Source: an uncultured Clostridia bacterium
Lineage (GTDB): Bacteria; Bacillota; Clostridia; Christensenellales; UBA1242
NCBI GenBank assembly: GCA_944349805.1
Contig: CALVNP010000036.1
Span: 28,843-92,842 of the forward strand
Length of the DNA stretch: 64,000 nt
Direction of reading: 5' to 3'
Part shown: piece after piece, positions 18,793-28,459 of the stretch
Layout: each line of letters opens with the position of its first letter
Numbering within the stretch: the stretch's first letter is position 1
The notes under the pieces: model-generated
What the model was told of the DNA's origin: nothing
The model's database searches: none
What the model saw: only the letters and a program-made list of their open reading frames with translations
Made by a program: the position numbers and the translations under genes

Positions 18793-21700
18793 AAGCTCCT
18801 TCTCCTCCTGACTGAGTTCCTGAACCTTCTAAAGTTAAATATGAATTTCCTGAATGATTTTTTTCATCTTTTATTTCATTTTCACAGTCTTTTTGATAAT
18901 TTTTTGTGCTATCTGGAGCCCATATATTAAAGTTGACTATACTATTTGAAGCATTTGCAAGATTTCTTTCAGCATTTCCTTCTTCCCAATAATAGAACAA
19001 TTCTATATTGTCAGTTATGTCACTAGTTGTAGTTGGTTCATATGCTGAACCAAATCCTATGATTGCTCCATAATGGAAGATAACTTCACCGTTTCCCCTG
19101 TAATTTTTAATTGTTACAGTGTAAGTACAATTTGTGCTGTAATATGCTGTTTTATCTTTATAATAATATCCTTGAATTTCAGCTTGAGCTGGCATATAGT
19201 CTGAGACATAGCCATCATTATAAATAACAATTCCACTGCTTGCAGTATTTTCTCTTGAAATACCATCATAAGAAGCTCCAACTATTCCACCCATTCCAGC
19301 TGTAAATAATCCATTATACATTGTTGAATAAATTTCAAGGTCTGCTTCTACATAACAATTAATTACTTTTCTTTCAGAGTAATCAACCTTGCTATCTGCA
19401 TCGCTTGTGCTTTTTGCAAATTGATTTATTCCAATAACACCACCAACAAAAGCAAGCAACAAGTTATCATTCGTAACCAAAATTTTTCCGTTGAGCACTT
19501 GCGAATTGCTTATAACAATGTTACTTTTTTGAACCGAACTATCGTTTGCGCAAGTATCGTTAGTTAAACCAACAATTCCACCTGCTATATGCATTGAGGT
19601 AATGTCACCCTGTTTAACAACTTGAGAGATTGTTCCACCAATCATTTCTCCAACAATACCACCAACGACTTCGATGTTAGGGAATATTAAATCCAAATTT
19701 ACATTAATATTCTGTATAGTACCACCCGACATATATCCAGCAACTGAGCCAACAGCTGATGGAACAGAGGGTACATATCTAAAGAAGTTTGTTGTAGTAC
19801 CTGAAAGTTGTAAATTATTTACAATACCACATAACTCACCTGTCAAAATTCCACCATAATACGCAGCATTAACAAATTGTCCACTTTCTACACTTATCTC
19901 TAAATTGGTGATATTTGAATCCTTTCCAACTCTACCAAAGTACAAACCAGCAACTTCTCCAAGAGCTCTTGTGATACCTGTTACTGAAACATATTTTACA
20001 TCCCCACTTCCTTCAATTATACCAGCAATTGCTCCTGCATAAGATATCATAGATATGCCACTAGCTTCATTTTTATAGAAATTGAATTTGTTACCAAAAT
20101 CAATAGACCTATATGTAGCACTTGCAGAAACGGAGCTTGTTAGGTTGTAAAGCTTGTAGGAATAATTTGCCATACCCAAAACGCCTCCAACAACATTTTT
20201 ACCTACAACAACAATTCCACTGCTATCATATTCATCGCCAATCACATTAACATTAAACAACATTCCATTTTCAAGCGATCCTGATAGTGCCCCAACACAA
20301 GATGTATTAGGCATATTAATATACTTAGGTTTGTAAATTAAATTTTTAATTGCCCCACTATAAGAGTATCCTTCTCCAATTTTTGCAAATAATCCACCAT
20401 AGTTTAAGCTTTCACGAGAATCAACCACCACACCAGAGATAGTCATTCCGTTTCCTTCTATATCTCCCACAAAAACCGTTTTAAATAACATTGAATTTAA
20501 GATATTTTCTTCAACATAATCTATATTCTTAACAAGCCTATAATATTTAGAATTTCTAACACCAACATTTGTTTCCAAAATAATTTCTTCGAAATTTTTT
20601 GCCGAAGTTATGATATATGGATTATATTTTGAACCTTTTTCTTCTCCACCTGAATAAACAAATATTTGTTCACCCGTTGCTTGATCTGTGTAAGAAGTTT
20701 CTAATTGTTGAGAACTATCTACAATGATATTTGGTGCAACAAGTTCAAGTCTACCATAAGTGAATTTCATTGGCTCATTATTATAAATAAAGTCAAAATC
20801 TTGTTCATAACTTGGATAGAACCAAACACCTTTTGTCTTTTCACCACTATCTGAAATAGCATAAGTTTTAAAATAATTTGAATTTGAAAAATCTAGCTCG
20901 GTTAATGCCGTAAGTCCACTTACATTTGACATAAATATTCCATTGTTCTTATTTCCCAATAAATAATTACAATCTTTTATTATGCCCATTTGATTACTAC
21001 CCTGATTATTATAAACAAAACCAAAATCTGTCTGAGAATTTTGTCCGATAAAAGTACTAGACGAATAAGATGTTTGAATTAATCCTGTATTATTAAATGC
21101 AAAGCCTGTTCTTATAGACTGAGAATTTAAAGCTATATTTGAATAGCAGTCTGCAATGATACCAAAATTATTATATGCAAACCCCGACACTTCAACATTC
21201 GACCATATTTTGTAATTTTCATCAGCATATATGTAAGATGATGTAGAGCCAGAGACATAGCTTGTTATAATTTTAGGTATATCTTCATTGCTTATTGTGA
21301 TGTTTTGAACATTACTTATTCCATTTGAAATAACAAATCCAGCTGTTTTATTTGTACTTGAAATTGTACTTTCATTTGTTAAGTTCGAATTTTTAACATA
21401 ACTGCTTGCTATTGAACCTTGATTTATTGCAACTAACCCTGCCAAATTTGACCTTCTAACAATAATATTCAAAACAGCCCTACAATTAGATATATACCCC
21501 TCGTTGTATCCTACCAAACCAGCAACATAGGTTGTACTACTAAAATTAGGATTCATATTTACATAAATATTATTTACGTTAGAAACAATTTCACAGTTTG
21601 TTATAATTCCCAAATTTCTGCCTGCCAATAAACCAAAATAACTGTTTGTTGAGCTATTAGAAATTGTAATATTTGTGTTTGTTGTATTATTAAAAGCAAT

Positions 21701-24700
21701 TTTTAAATTTTTTACAACAGCATTTTCTTGTATTGTTTCAAAAATACCAGAATATTGTAAATCATTGATTACAAGACTTGTTCTGTATGTAATTTTATGT
21801 CCGTTTCCATTAAAGCCTAAAATTGCAGTACTTATTGGAACAAAATCATCTTCTAATTCAATATCATTTACAAGAATATAATAACCACCAGCTTGCATTC
21901 CAATCAGTTCTTGATAATTAGAAATAGGTATTTCATTATTTTCTGTACCACTTTGGTAAGCTTCAATAAGAAAATCTGTTCCAAAGCTATTAGCATTTTC
22001 TTCTTCTGATTGTACCACTTCACCTTTACTGTATTTATAATTAAAATTATATGTTAGATAATAATTTGAAACAGAAGCAGAATTGATATAAAGTGGAATT
22101 ATGTAATAAACTCCATTTTCATTTTTTTCTATTCTGTAATACATATTGTTAGGGAGCTCAGATAAGCAATATTTATCGCCATTATTATTGGTAATGGACC
22201 ACTGACCTTCTTTTGCTAAAGATGTTTCCAAAGCTCTAACTTTTTGAACAATACCTAAATCATTTGAATTGTACTCTATTGTGATTCCGTTTACAAATTC
22301 TATACCAAGCTCTGTCCTATTTCCGATTGGTACATTAATTGTTTCTTTAACTGCATTTTTTATTACAATGCTAGCATTTTGATTATCATTTGAATAAGAA
22401 TATGGAACTATGTTGTCTTCTAAGATTACATAATCAACAATCATAAGTTTAAGCTTGTTAATGCCACTCTTATAAATTTTTCCGTCAACGGCCTTTTCAC
22501 CATAACAATCAATTTCAACAATGCATCCTTCAGACTCATTTTCATAATTGATGTTTGAACCAATCTGTAAAACATATTTGCCATTAACTTCACTTATAGA
22601 CGCAAAAGATGCAACAGAACTGTCAAAATGAATTTCATCTTTTGTAAAACCAACAATGTCAACATTTAATTCGTATGTCAATCCCCTAGCAACTAAGATA
22701 CTTTCATCTTTTAAATTGTTTTCCTTGCCAATAATAGATACATACACTCCATCTTTAATTACAACATTAATATTGCATATTGTCCCATTTGGTTGCTTAA
22801 TGTCATTTTTGTATGCATCAATATTGATTTTTACTATTTTACCATCTTGTGCTGTTGATGAAATATTGTATTTTATATACAATTTTCCATTTTCTATTTT
22901 TGAAACAGGAACTCTGATTCCATTTTCCACATTTTCTGCCCCAAAAATATCTATAATCTTGCCTGATTCTATTTTAACAAGAGAGAAAATTGCATTATTT
23001 CCATTTGCATAATTTGAACTATCATTTGTAATATAGATGTAATCATAATCAGCAAAAGAGGGATAAACCAAAATTTCAAGTAAATTATCACTACCTGGGC
23101 TTATGTTGTTTTCGCTTTGCACATTTTGATTGAATTTTTGAATGTCAACATCATAATAATTTTTAAATGTAATATTGTTAACTGTCTGTGTTTTTAAATT
23201 TACAATTACACTTTTAATATATCTATTTTCAGATATGAAATTTATGTAATAAACACCTTGGTAATCATTTTCTAATTCAGCTTGGTTGAATTTGAATGTA
23301 AAATATGAACTATCTTTACTATCTGGACTAAAATTATATACATTTTTATCATCACTTACTAAATTAGTATCAATAATATCAAAATAACTTGCAACATTAC
23401 CATCACCACCAACTTTTGTATAAGTAATGGTTAACTTATCGTTAGCATCATCAGTAACCCAACTTTCAAGTTTTATTGTAAACTCATCATTTGGTTCAAC
23501 TGCAATTTCATAAGTGTCAAGCTTAATTTCCGTAGTTCCTTTTATAACACTCACATTAGATGAATAATCATTCAATGTAAAATCTAATGCATAAACAACA
23601 TTGTTAATTGCAAATTCAAATGATGGTTCAATTTGTAATGTTAAATTTTCTTCATCATCATTCGCCGTAATATAAATTTTTTGATTTTTAACTTCAACAC
23701 TTATATTTTCACTATTTATTGTTGCATTAATATCAAAAAGTGTATTTTTAACTAATTGAACAGAAATTGGTTGTCCGTATTCATCAACAAGTATTGTTCC
23801 CCCTTCGGAAATTGTTGTAATATTACTATGCACAAACTCTGTATTTAAAATTAAAGTTTCATCTTTTTTCAAGGTGATATAAGCATCTTCATTAGCTAAA
23901 TATGTGTTATTATAAATTTTAACTTTAAAATCGTCAACGGCATTAAAGACATAGATATAAACCTTTTCTTCTATCTTTACACTTAAAATAGATGTGACTG
24001 TAATTTCAACAAGACCTGTTCCCCAAAGTTGAACATTCCCAAATTCATCAAAAGTTAAAATTTTATTATCTCCAGATGTTAGCTTAATGTTTTCAGGATT
24101 TACAAACTTTATAGGAAATTCCTGAGTATTCCAATTTTCTAACAAAGCTTGTTGATTAGAATTAACAGCTTGGTAGTAAAACAAATAACTTACAATTTTA
24201 AAATCTGTAACTGATTCATCTTCTGTAGAAGTAGAAATTAAATTTTTTGATTTTTCTTTGTTAATCGTGATAACATCTTCAATAAATTCAAAAGCACCGA
24301 CAGTGTCATCCTCTTTATCGAAATTTTCATCATAATATTTTATTGGTTTAACTGTTGAATGTTCATAATTGTAGTAGCAGTATGCCTTGTTGTTATTATC
24401 AACTAATGTTTCAGTCTTATCATCTCCAGCAAATGTATAACAATTTTCACCCGAAGTTGCAATTAACAGAGGGCATTCAACACCCGAGTATATTAATTGA
24501 ACCGTATTATTGCTAATCGTTCCTACATTTGTTTCAAACGCATTTCTCCCAGCTATACCACCAACATAATTTGAAGCTTTAACAAAAACTCTTGTTAAAC
24601 AATTTTTAACTGTTCCTTTTGAAACATTTCCACTATTATCAGCGAAATAATTTTGTCCAACAATACCACCTGCATTTTGTCCACCATTATCATTAGCTGT

Positions 24701-27700
24701 TGATTCAATATTGCCAGAAACCTTTAAATTATCAAGAATTCCTGCATTTATACCTGCTACTGCACCAATAGCATTAATATTTTTAACAGTTATATTTCCA
24801 ACAAAAGTAAAGTCTTGTTCGCCGTACACATAAGTTGTTGTGTCTAGTGATATTTTTCCCAAATTGTAGCCAACCACACCACCAACATAATGTTTTTCGC
24901 TTGCCGAATTTCCTTCAACTTTAAATTCATTTTTTACAGAAACAAGTTGTCGGCCATTATCATTTATTATTTCCCCACTAGACTTTCCTGCAACAATTCC
25001 CACATAAGCATCTGTTGTATTGCTTAGTACAAGTTTATCAGAACTTGTATTCAATAATGAAATTGATACATTTTTAATTGTACCTCTATTTTCTCCACAC
25101 AACAATCCAGCATATTTAGCCTGTGTTCCACTGTTATTTACAAGTGTTCCAGATATAATCAAGTTTTTAACACTTGCCCCTTCTTCAATATACGCAAAAA
25201 GTCCTAAATATGCATCTTCACCAATATTTCTTGTTTCACTTACTGTTAAATTAATAAGTCCTGCATTTGTATCTCCAACAATAGAACCTCTTAAAACACC
25301 AAACGTTGTTAAGTTTATTCCACTAAAATCAAGAACTGTGGAAATTTTATAATGTAAAGATAAATTTTGAGAATTTGATGCAACTTGTACAAATTCTTGA
25401 GCTGTATTTATGTAGATAGGATTTTCTTCTGTCCCATCGCTTGCGATAATATTTATATATTGCAAAGATTCAGCATTTGAACTTGTAATATTAAAATCTT
25501 CACCTGTATATCTATTTTTAGGAATGATATATAATCTTCCACTTCCTGCGCCATAGGAAATATTGTAACTCACTTTAATTTCTGTATCGCTTTTGGAATA
25601 AGTTATAATATTTGAATTTGTTGTATCATCTGGAACAAATCTTAAATCAAACTCCTTTCCGTCTGCGTCAACTGGATTTAAAAAGTAAGTTGTCGAATAT
25701 GTCAAATTTCTAGGATCTAAATACACTGTTTTCTGATAATTATTAAATCCAACAAAATTTACAGTCTTAAATTCTTTTAGAGTTAATGTAATCTTTGCAC
25801 TATATTTAACACCCATTAAAGTTAAGTTAAAAGTAAACCAATAATTTTTTATATCTGTGGAAATATTAGCATTATTACAAAACACACTTAAACTGAAACT
25901 TTTTCCATCATCAATAATATTGTATTTTCCAAAATTCGACAAAGTATATGTATAATCATTTGGGTTTTCAATATTTTCACTACCTATCGTCAAATCTTCA
26001 TCTTGAATTGAAGTTTTAAAAGATTTTGAATATGCTTCTTCAAATTTATTTAAATATTCAAAAATTTCATTATTGTTTAAATTTGTTCCACCATAAAGCT
26101 TAATAACTGGATATACTGTAATAAGAGAATATCCTTTTTCAATTCCGTAATAATATCCAATGTTTACATAATTGCTTATATCTAAATTTGTAACATTTTG
26201 AAACAAATCTTCGCTTATTTTTTGCTGAAAACCTACACTTTGAATTGGAACATAACATTTTACTTTTACAGTATAGGTTATAGAATTTCCATCTTTAAGA
26301 ATAAATCCTTCAATTTTTTTACTATTTACTGTCAAACTAAATTCAAATTCGCAAACATACGTCTTATCACTCAAATAAACTGAAAGATTTAAAACATTAG
26401 TATAGTTAGAAAACTTGCAATTGAATTTTTCAAAAGAAGAATCTATCTCGATTTTATCCCCTACTTTAGCTTCAACCGTATTTGTCACACCAACTGTATA
26501 AGAAGTCGCATTGCTTGGATATGGCAACAATTTAAAAATGTTTTCAGCATTGTCCTTTTTATCCATCAATATCATTGAATAATTATTTTCAATTTCAGTT
26601 GTTTCTTCAAAACTAACAATATTATCATTCATTTGAACTGCAAAGTCTGTTTTCTGTAAAATTGATTCAACATTAACATAAACTTCAGTTGATAATCCAT
26701 TAGGCAAATAAATTATAACCTTTCCACCACTTCCAACAGATAACGGAGTTATTTTTATTTTTGGTTTTTCTTCATTTGTCACCTGTTCAACTGTAAAGTA
26801 AGAAGCATTAACATATTTAAATGTTAAAATACCAACATATGCACCATTTGTAAAAGTAAAATTATCAAAGTCATGTGGCTCTGTATTTAAGTCTATGTAC
26901 AATATTTCTTCATTCGTTGGATAATTAGTTTTAAATTCACTAGCACCTTGAAGAATATTGATTTTATATGTCTTGTCAACTTCTTGACCTTGTTGAATTG
27001 TTGAACTTACAACAGTAAATCTAATACGTAATTCGCCATCATATATTTGTTGCCCTAATAAACTAATAGGCGAAATTAGTACATTGTTTTTAAAATCTGA
27101 ATAGAGAATTTCTATATAACCATACTCATTAGGTTTACGAACAACATTTTTATAGGATAATGAAACATAGTCAGTCCAATTTTCTATTCTCTCTTCATTC
27201 TCGTCACAAAAATCTATTTGTATTTTTTCAAAAGTTGATTCTGTTGAATAGATAATAGGTGTTAAATTAAAGTTTGCAATATTTGCATTGTAATTTTTAT
27301 CATAGAGATTTATTTCTCCATCATCTTCAAGTTCTCTAACTCCAATAAAACTTGGTGAGCTTATAACATTTATTTTATAACTTTTTACAACTTTAAAACT
27401 TGGATAATCATCATAATACAATGTTATTGTTAAGACATCTTCTCCCACATATACGGTCTGCAAATTAAAAACAACATTATTACTATCTTGATCTTCTGGT
27501 AAAAGTTGGGCAATTGTAAACTCACAACCATAATTAATGCTCAATTTTACATTTGAAGAAGTGTAGATTAATTTCACTTGAGCATTAGATCTTTTTTCAT
27601 CGTTTGAAACAAGTGTAATTTCTGATGCCTGTCCACTTTCCGCATTTTCTCCAATAGGGACAATTTGTGTTGGGTTTGCTATATCAGTTCCACCAAGATT

Positions 27701-28429
27701 AGTCAAAAGCATTTCATTAACAACTATATCTTCAATTATATCAACTGTAAAGGATTGACTTTCAATATCTGGATTTATTAAAGATGATGCTTTTAAGGTA
27801 AATTGATTGTTATCAATATCAAAAATGTTATCATTTTTACAGTAAATTCTTACTTTTGGCAATTCTTCACCATCTTCACCAACATTTTCGCATACAATTT
27901 TATCAACTTGATAATCAGTTTCATTTACAGTGTAATAGTAAACAAGATCAGTTTGCGTTGAATTTTCTGGAATAAAATTAAAGAGTGCTTTAGGAGAAAG
28001 GTCCATTTCAAACCCATCACTTCTTACAATATAAGCTTTTGTGGAATTTTTATAAAAGTTTTGTATGTTTTCTGTAACAACAACACTTATGGTTATTGAC
28101 TTGTTGCCACCTTCTGAAGTCTCAATTTTAATTTCACCCTCTCCAATTTTTAGAGCTTTAATTGTAATCCTTGTTCTTCCCCCACTTAAACTTTCATAAT
28201 TTAAAATTGATACAAACTCGCCGTCAGGACTTGCAGTAATGTTTGTACTTACTCCATTTGGAACATCGAGCACAGAAACAACAAGCTGACGCTCTTCCCC
28301 GACAACCATTTCTAAATTATAAGAATCTGCAACAATTTTCATATTTTTATAAGGGTCGCCACAGGCAGTGAGCAAAAGCCCACTGACTGCAACAATCAAC
28401 CCAAATAAAATTCCAACTAACTTTTTCAT
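18791..28429 (-). CDS. giant surface lipoprotein, 3,212 aa (Ig-like repeats plus three GLUG-motif-like beta-helix cassettes); paralogue of the upstream gene
   Basis: Uninterrupted 9.6-kb ORF in AT-rich DNA. GGAG SD. Signal peptide with lipobox 'LLLTAC|GDPYKNMKIV'. Recurrent 'GG[IL][VA]G-x-N-x-G-x-I' motifs. No LPXTG or SLH at the C-terminus. Confidence 0.85.
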   Translation of the reverse strand: MKKLVGILFGLIVAVSGLLLTACGDPYKNMKIVADSYNLEMVVGEERQLVVSVLDVPNGVSTNITASPDGEFVSILNYESLSGGRTRITIKALKIGEGEIKIETSEGGNKSITISVVVTENIQNFYKNSTKAYIVRSDGFEMDLSPKALFNFIPENSTQTDLVYYYTVNETDYQVDKIVCENVGEDGEELPKVRIYCKNDNIFDIDNNQFTLKASSLINPDIESQSFTVDIIEDIVVNEMLLTNLGGTDIANPTQIVPIGENAESGQASEITLVSNDEKRSNAQVKLIYTSSNVKLSINYGCEFTIAQLLPEDQDSNNVVFNLQTVYVGEDVLTITLYYDDYPSFKVVKSYKINVISSPSFIGVRELEDDGEINLYDKNYNANIANFNLTPIIYSTESTFEKIQIDFCDENEERIENWTDYVSLSYKNVVRKPNEYGYIEILYSDFKNNVLISPISLLGQQIYDGELRIRFTVVSSTIQQGQEVDKTYKINILQGASEFKTNYPTNEEILYIDLNTEPHDFDNFTFTNGAYVGILTFKYVNASYFTVEQVTNEEKPKIKITPLSVGSGGKVIIYLPNGLSTEVYVNVESILQKTDFAVQMNDNIVSFEETTEIENNYSMILMDKKDNAENIFKLLPYPSNATSYTVGVTNTVEAKVGDKIEIDSSFEKFNCKFSNYTNVLNLSVYLSDKTYVCEFEFSLTVNSKKIEGFILKDGNSITYTVKVKCYVPIQSVGFQQKISEDLFQNVTNLDISNYVNIGYYYGIEKGYSLITVYPVIKLYGGTNLNNNEIFEYLNKFEEAYSKSFKTSIQDEDLTIGSENIENPNDYTYTLSNFGKYNIIDDGKSFSLSVFCNNANISTDIKNYWFTFNLTLMGVKYSAKITLTLKEFKTVNFVGFNNYQKTVYLDPRNLTYSTTYFLNPVDADGKEFDLRFVPDDTTNSNIITYSKSDTEIKVSYNISYGAGSGRLYIIPKNRYTGEDFNITSSNAESLQYINIIASDGTEENPIYINTAQEFVQVASNSQNLSLHYKISTVLDFSGINLTTFGVLRGSIVGDTNAGLINLTVSETRNIGEDAYLGLFAYIEEGASVKNLIISGTLVNNSGTQAKYAGLLCGENRGTIKNVSISLLNTSSDKLVLSNTTDAYVGIVAGKSSGEIINDNGRQLVSVKNEFKVEGNSASEKHYVGGVVGYNLGKISLDTTTYVYGEQDFTFVGNITVKNINAIGAVAGINAGILDNLKVSGNIESTANDNGGQNAGGIVGQNYFADNSGNVSKGTVKNCLTRVFVKASNYVGGIAGRNAFETNVGTISNNTVQLIYSGVECPLLIATSGENCYTFAGDDKTETLVDNNNKAYCYYNYEHSTVKPIKYYDENFDKEDDTVGAFEFIEDVITINKEKSKNLISTSTEDESVTDFKIVSYLFYYQAVNSNQQALLENWNTQEFPIKFVNPENIKLTSGDNKILTFDEFGNVQLWGTGLVEITVTSILSVKIEEKVYIYVFNAVDDFKVKIYNNTYLANEDAYITLKKDETLILNTEFVHSNITTISEGGTILVDEYGQPISVQLVKNTLFDINATINSENISVEVKNQKIYITANDDEENLTLQIEPSFEFAINNVVYALDFTLNDYSSNVSVIKGTTEIKLDTYEIAVEPNDEFTIKLESWVTDDANDKLTITYTKVGGDGNVASYFDIIDTNLVSDDKNVYNFSPDSKDSSYFTFKFNQAELENDYQGVYYINFISENRYIKSVIVNLKTQTVNNITFKNYYDVDIQKFNQNVQSENNISPGSDNLLEILVYPSFADYDYIYITNDSSNYANGNNAIFSLVKIESGKIIDIFGAENVENGIRVPVSKIENGKLYIKYNISSTAQDGKIVKINIDAYKNDIKQPNGTICNINVVIKDGVYVSIIGKENNLKDESILVARGLTYELNVDIVGFTKDEIHFDSSVASFASISEVNGKYVLQIGSNINYENESEGCIVEIDCYGEKAVDGKIYKSGINKLKLMIVDYVILEDNIVPYSYSNDNQNASIVIKNAVKETINVPIGNRTELGIEFVNGITIEYNSNDLGIVQKVRALETSLAKEGQWSITNNNGDKYCLSELPNNMYYRIEKNENGVYYIIPLYINSASVSNYYLTYNFNYKYSKGEVVQSEEENANSFGTDFLIEAYQSGTENNEIPISNYQELIGMQAGGYYILVNDIELEDDFVPISTAILGFNGNGHKITYRTSLVINDLQYSGIFETIQENAVVKNLKIAFNNTTNTNITISNSSTNSYFGLLAGRNLGIITNCEIVSNVNNIYVNMNPNFSSTTYVAGLVGYNEGYISNCRAVLNIIVRRSNLAGLVAINQGSIASSYVKNSNLTNESTISSTNKTAGFVISNGISNVQNITISNEDIPKIITSYVSGSTSSYIYADENYKIWSNVEVSGFAYNNFGIIADCYSNIALNSQSIRTGFAFNNTGLIQTSYSSSTFIGQNSQTDFGFVYNNQGSNQMGIIKDCNYLLGNKNNGIFMSNVSGLTALTELDFSNSNYFKTYAISDSGEKTKGVWFYPSYEQDFDFIYNNEPMKFTYGRLELVAPNIIVDSSQQLETSYTDQATGEQIFVYSGGEEKGSKYNPYIITSAKNFEEIILETNVGVRNSKYYRLVKNIDYVEENILNSMLFKTVFVGDIEGNGMTISGVVVDSRESLNYGGLFAKIGEGYSYSGAIKNLIYKPKYINMPNTSCVGALSGSLENGMLFNVNVIGDEYDSSGIVVVGKNVVGGVLGMANYSYKLYNLTSSVSASATYRSIDFGNKFNFYKNEASGISMISYAGAIAGIIEGSGDVKYVSVTGITRALGEVAGLYFGRVGKDSNITNLEISVESGQFVNAAYYGGILTGELCGIVNNLQLSGTTTNFFRYVPSVPSAVGSVAGYMSGGTIQNINVNLDLIFPNIEVVGGIVGEMIGGTISQVVKQGDITSMHIAGGIVGLTNDTCANDSSVQKSNIVISNSQVLNGKILVTNDNLLLAFVGGVIGINQFAKSTSDADSKVDYSERKVINCYVEADLEIYSTMYNGLFTAGMGGIVGASYDGISRENTASSGIVIYNDGYVSDYMPAQAEIQGYYYKDKTAYYSTNCTYTVTIKNYRGNGEVIFHYGAIIGFGSAYEPTTTSDITDNIELFYYWEEGNAERNLANASNSIVNFNIWAPDSTKNYQKDCENEIKDEKNHSGNSYLTLEGSGTQSGGEGA

Positions 28430-28459
28430 TGTTTTCTCCGTTAATTTTTCAAAACATTT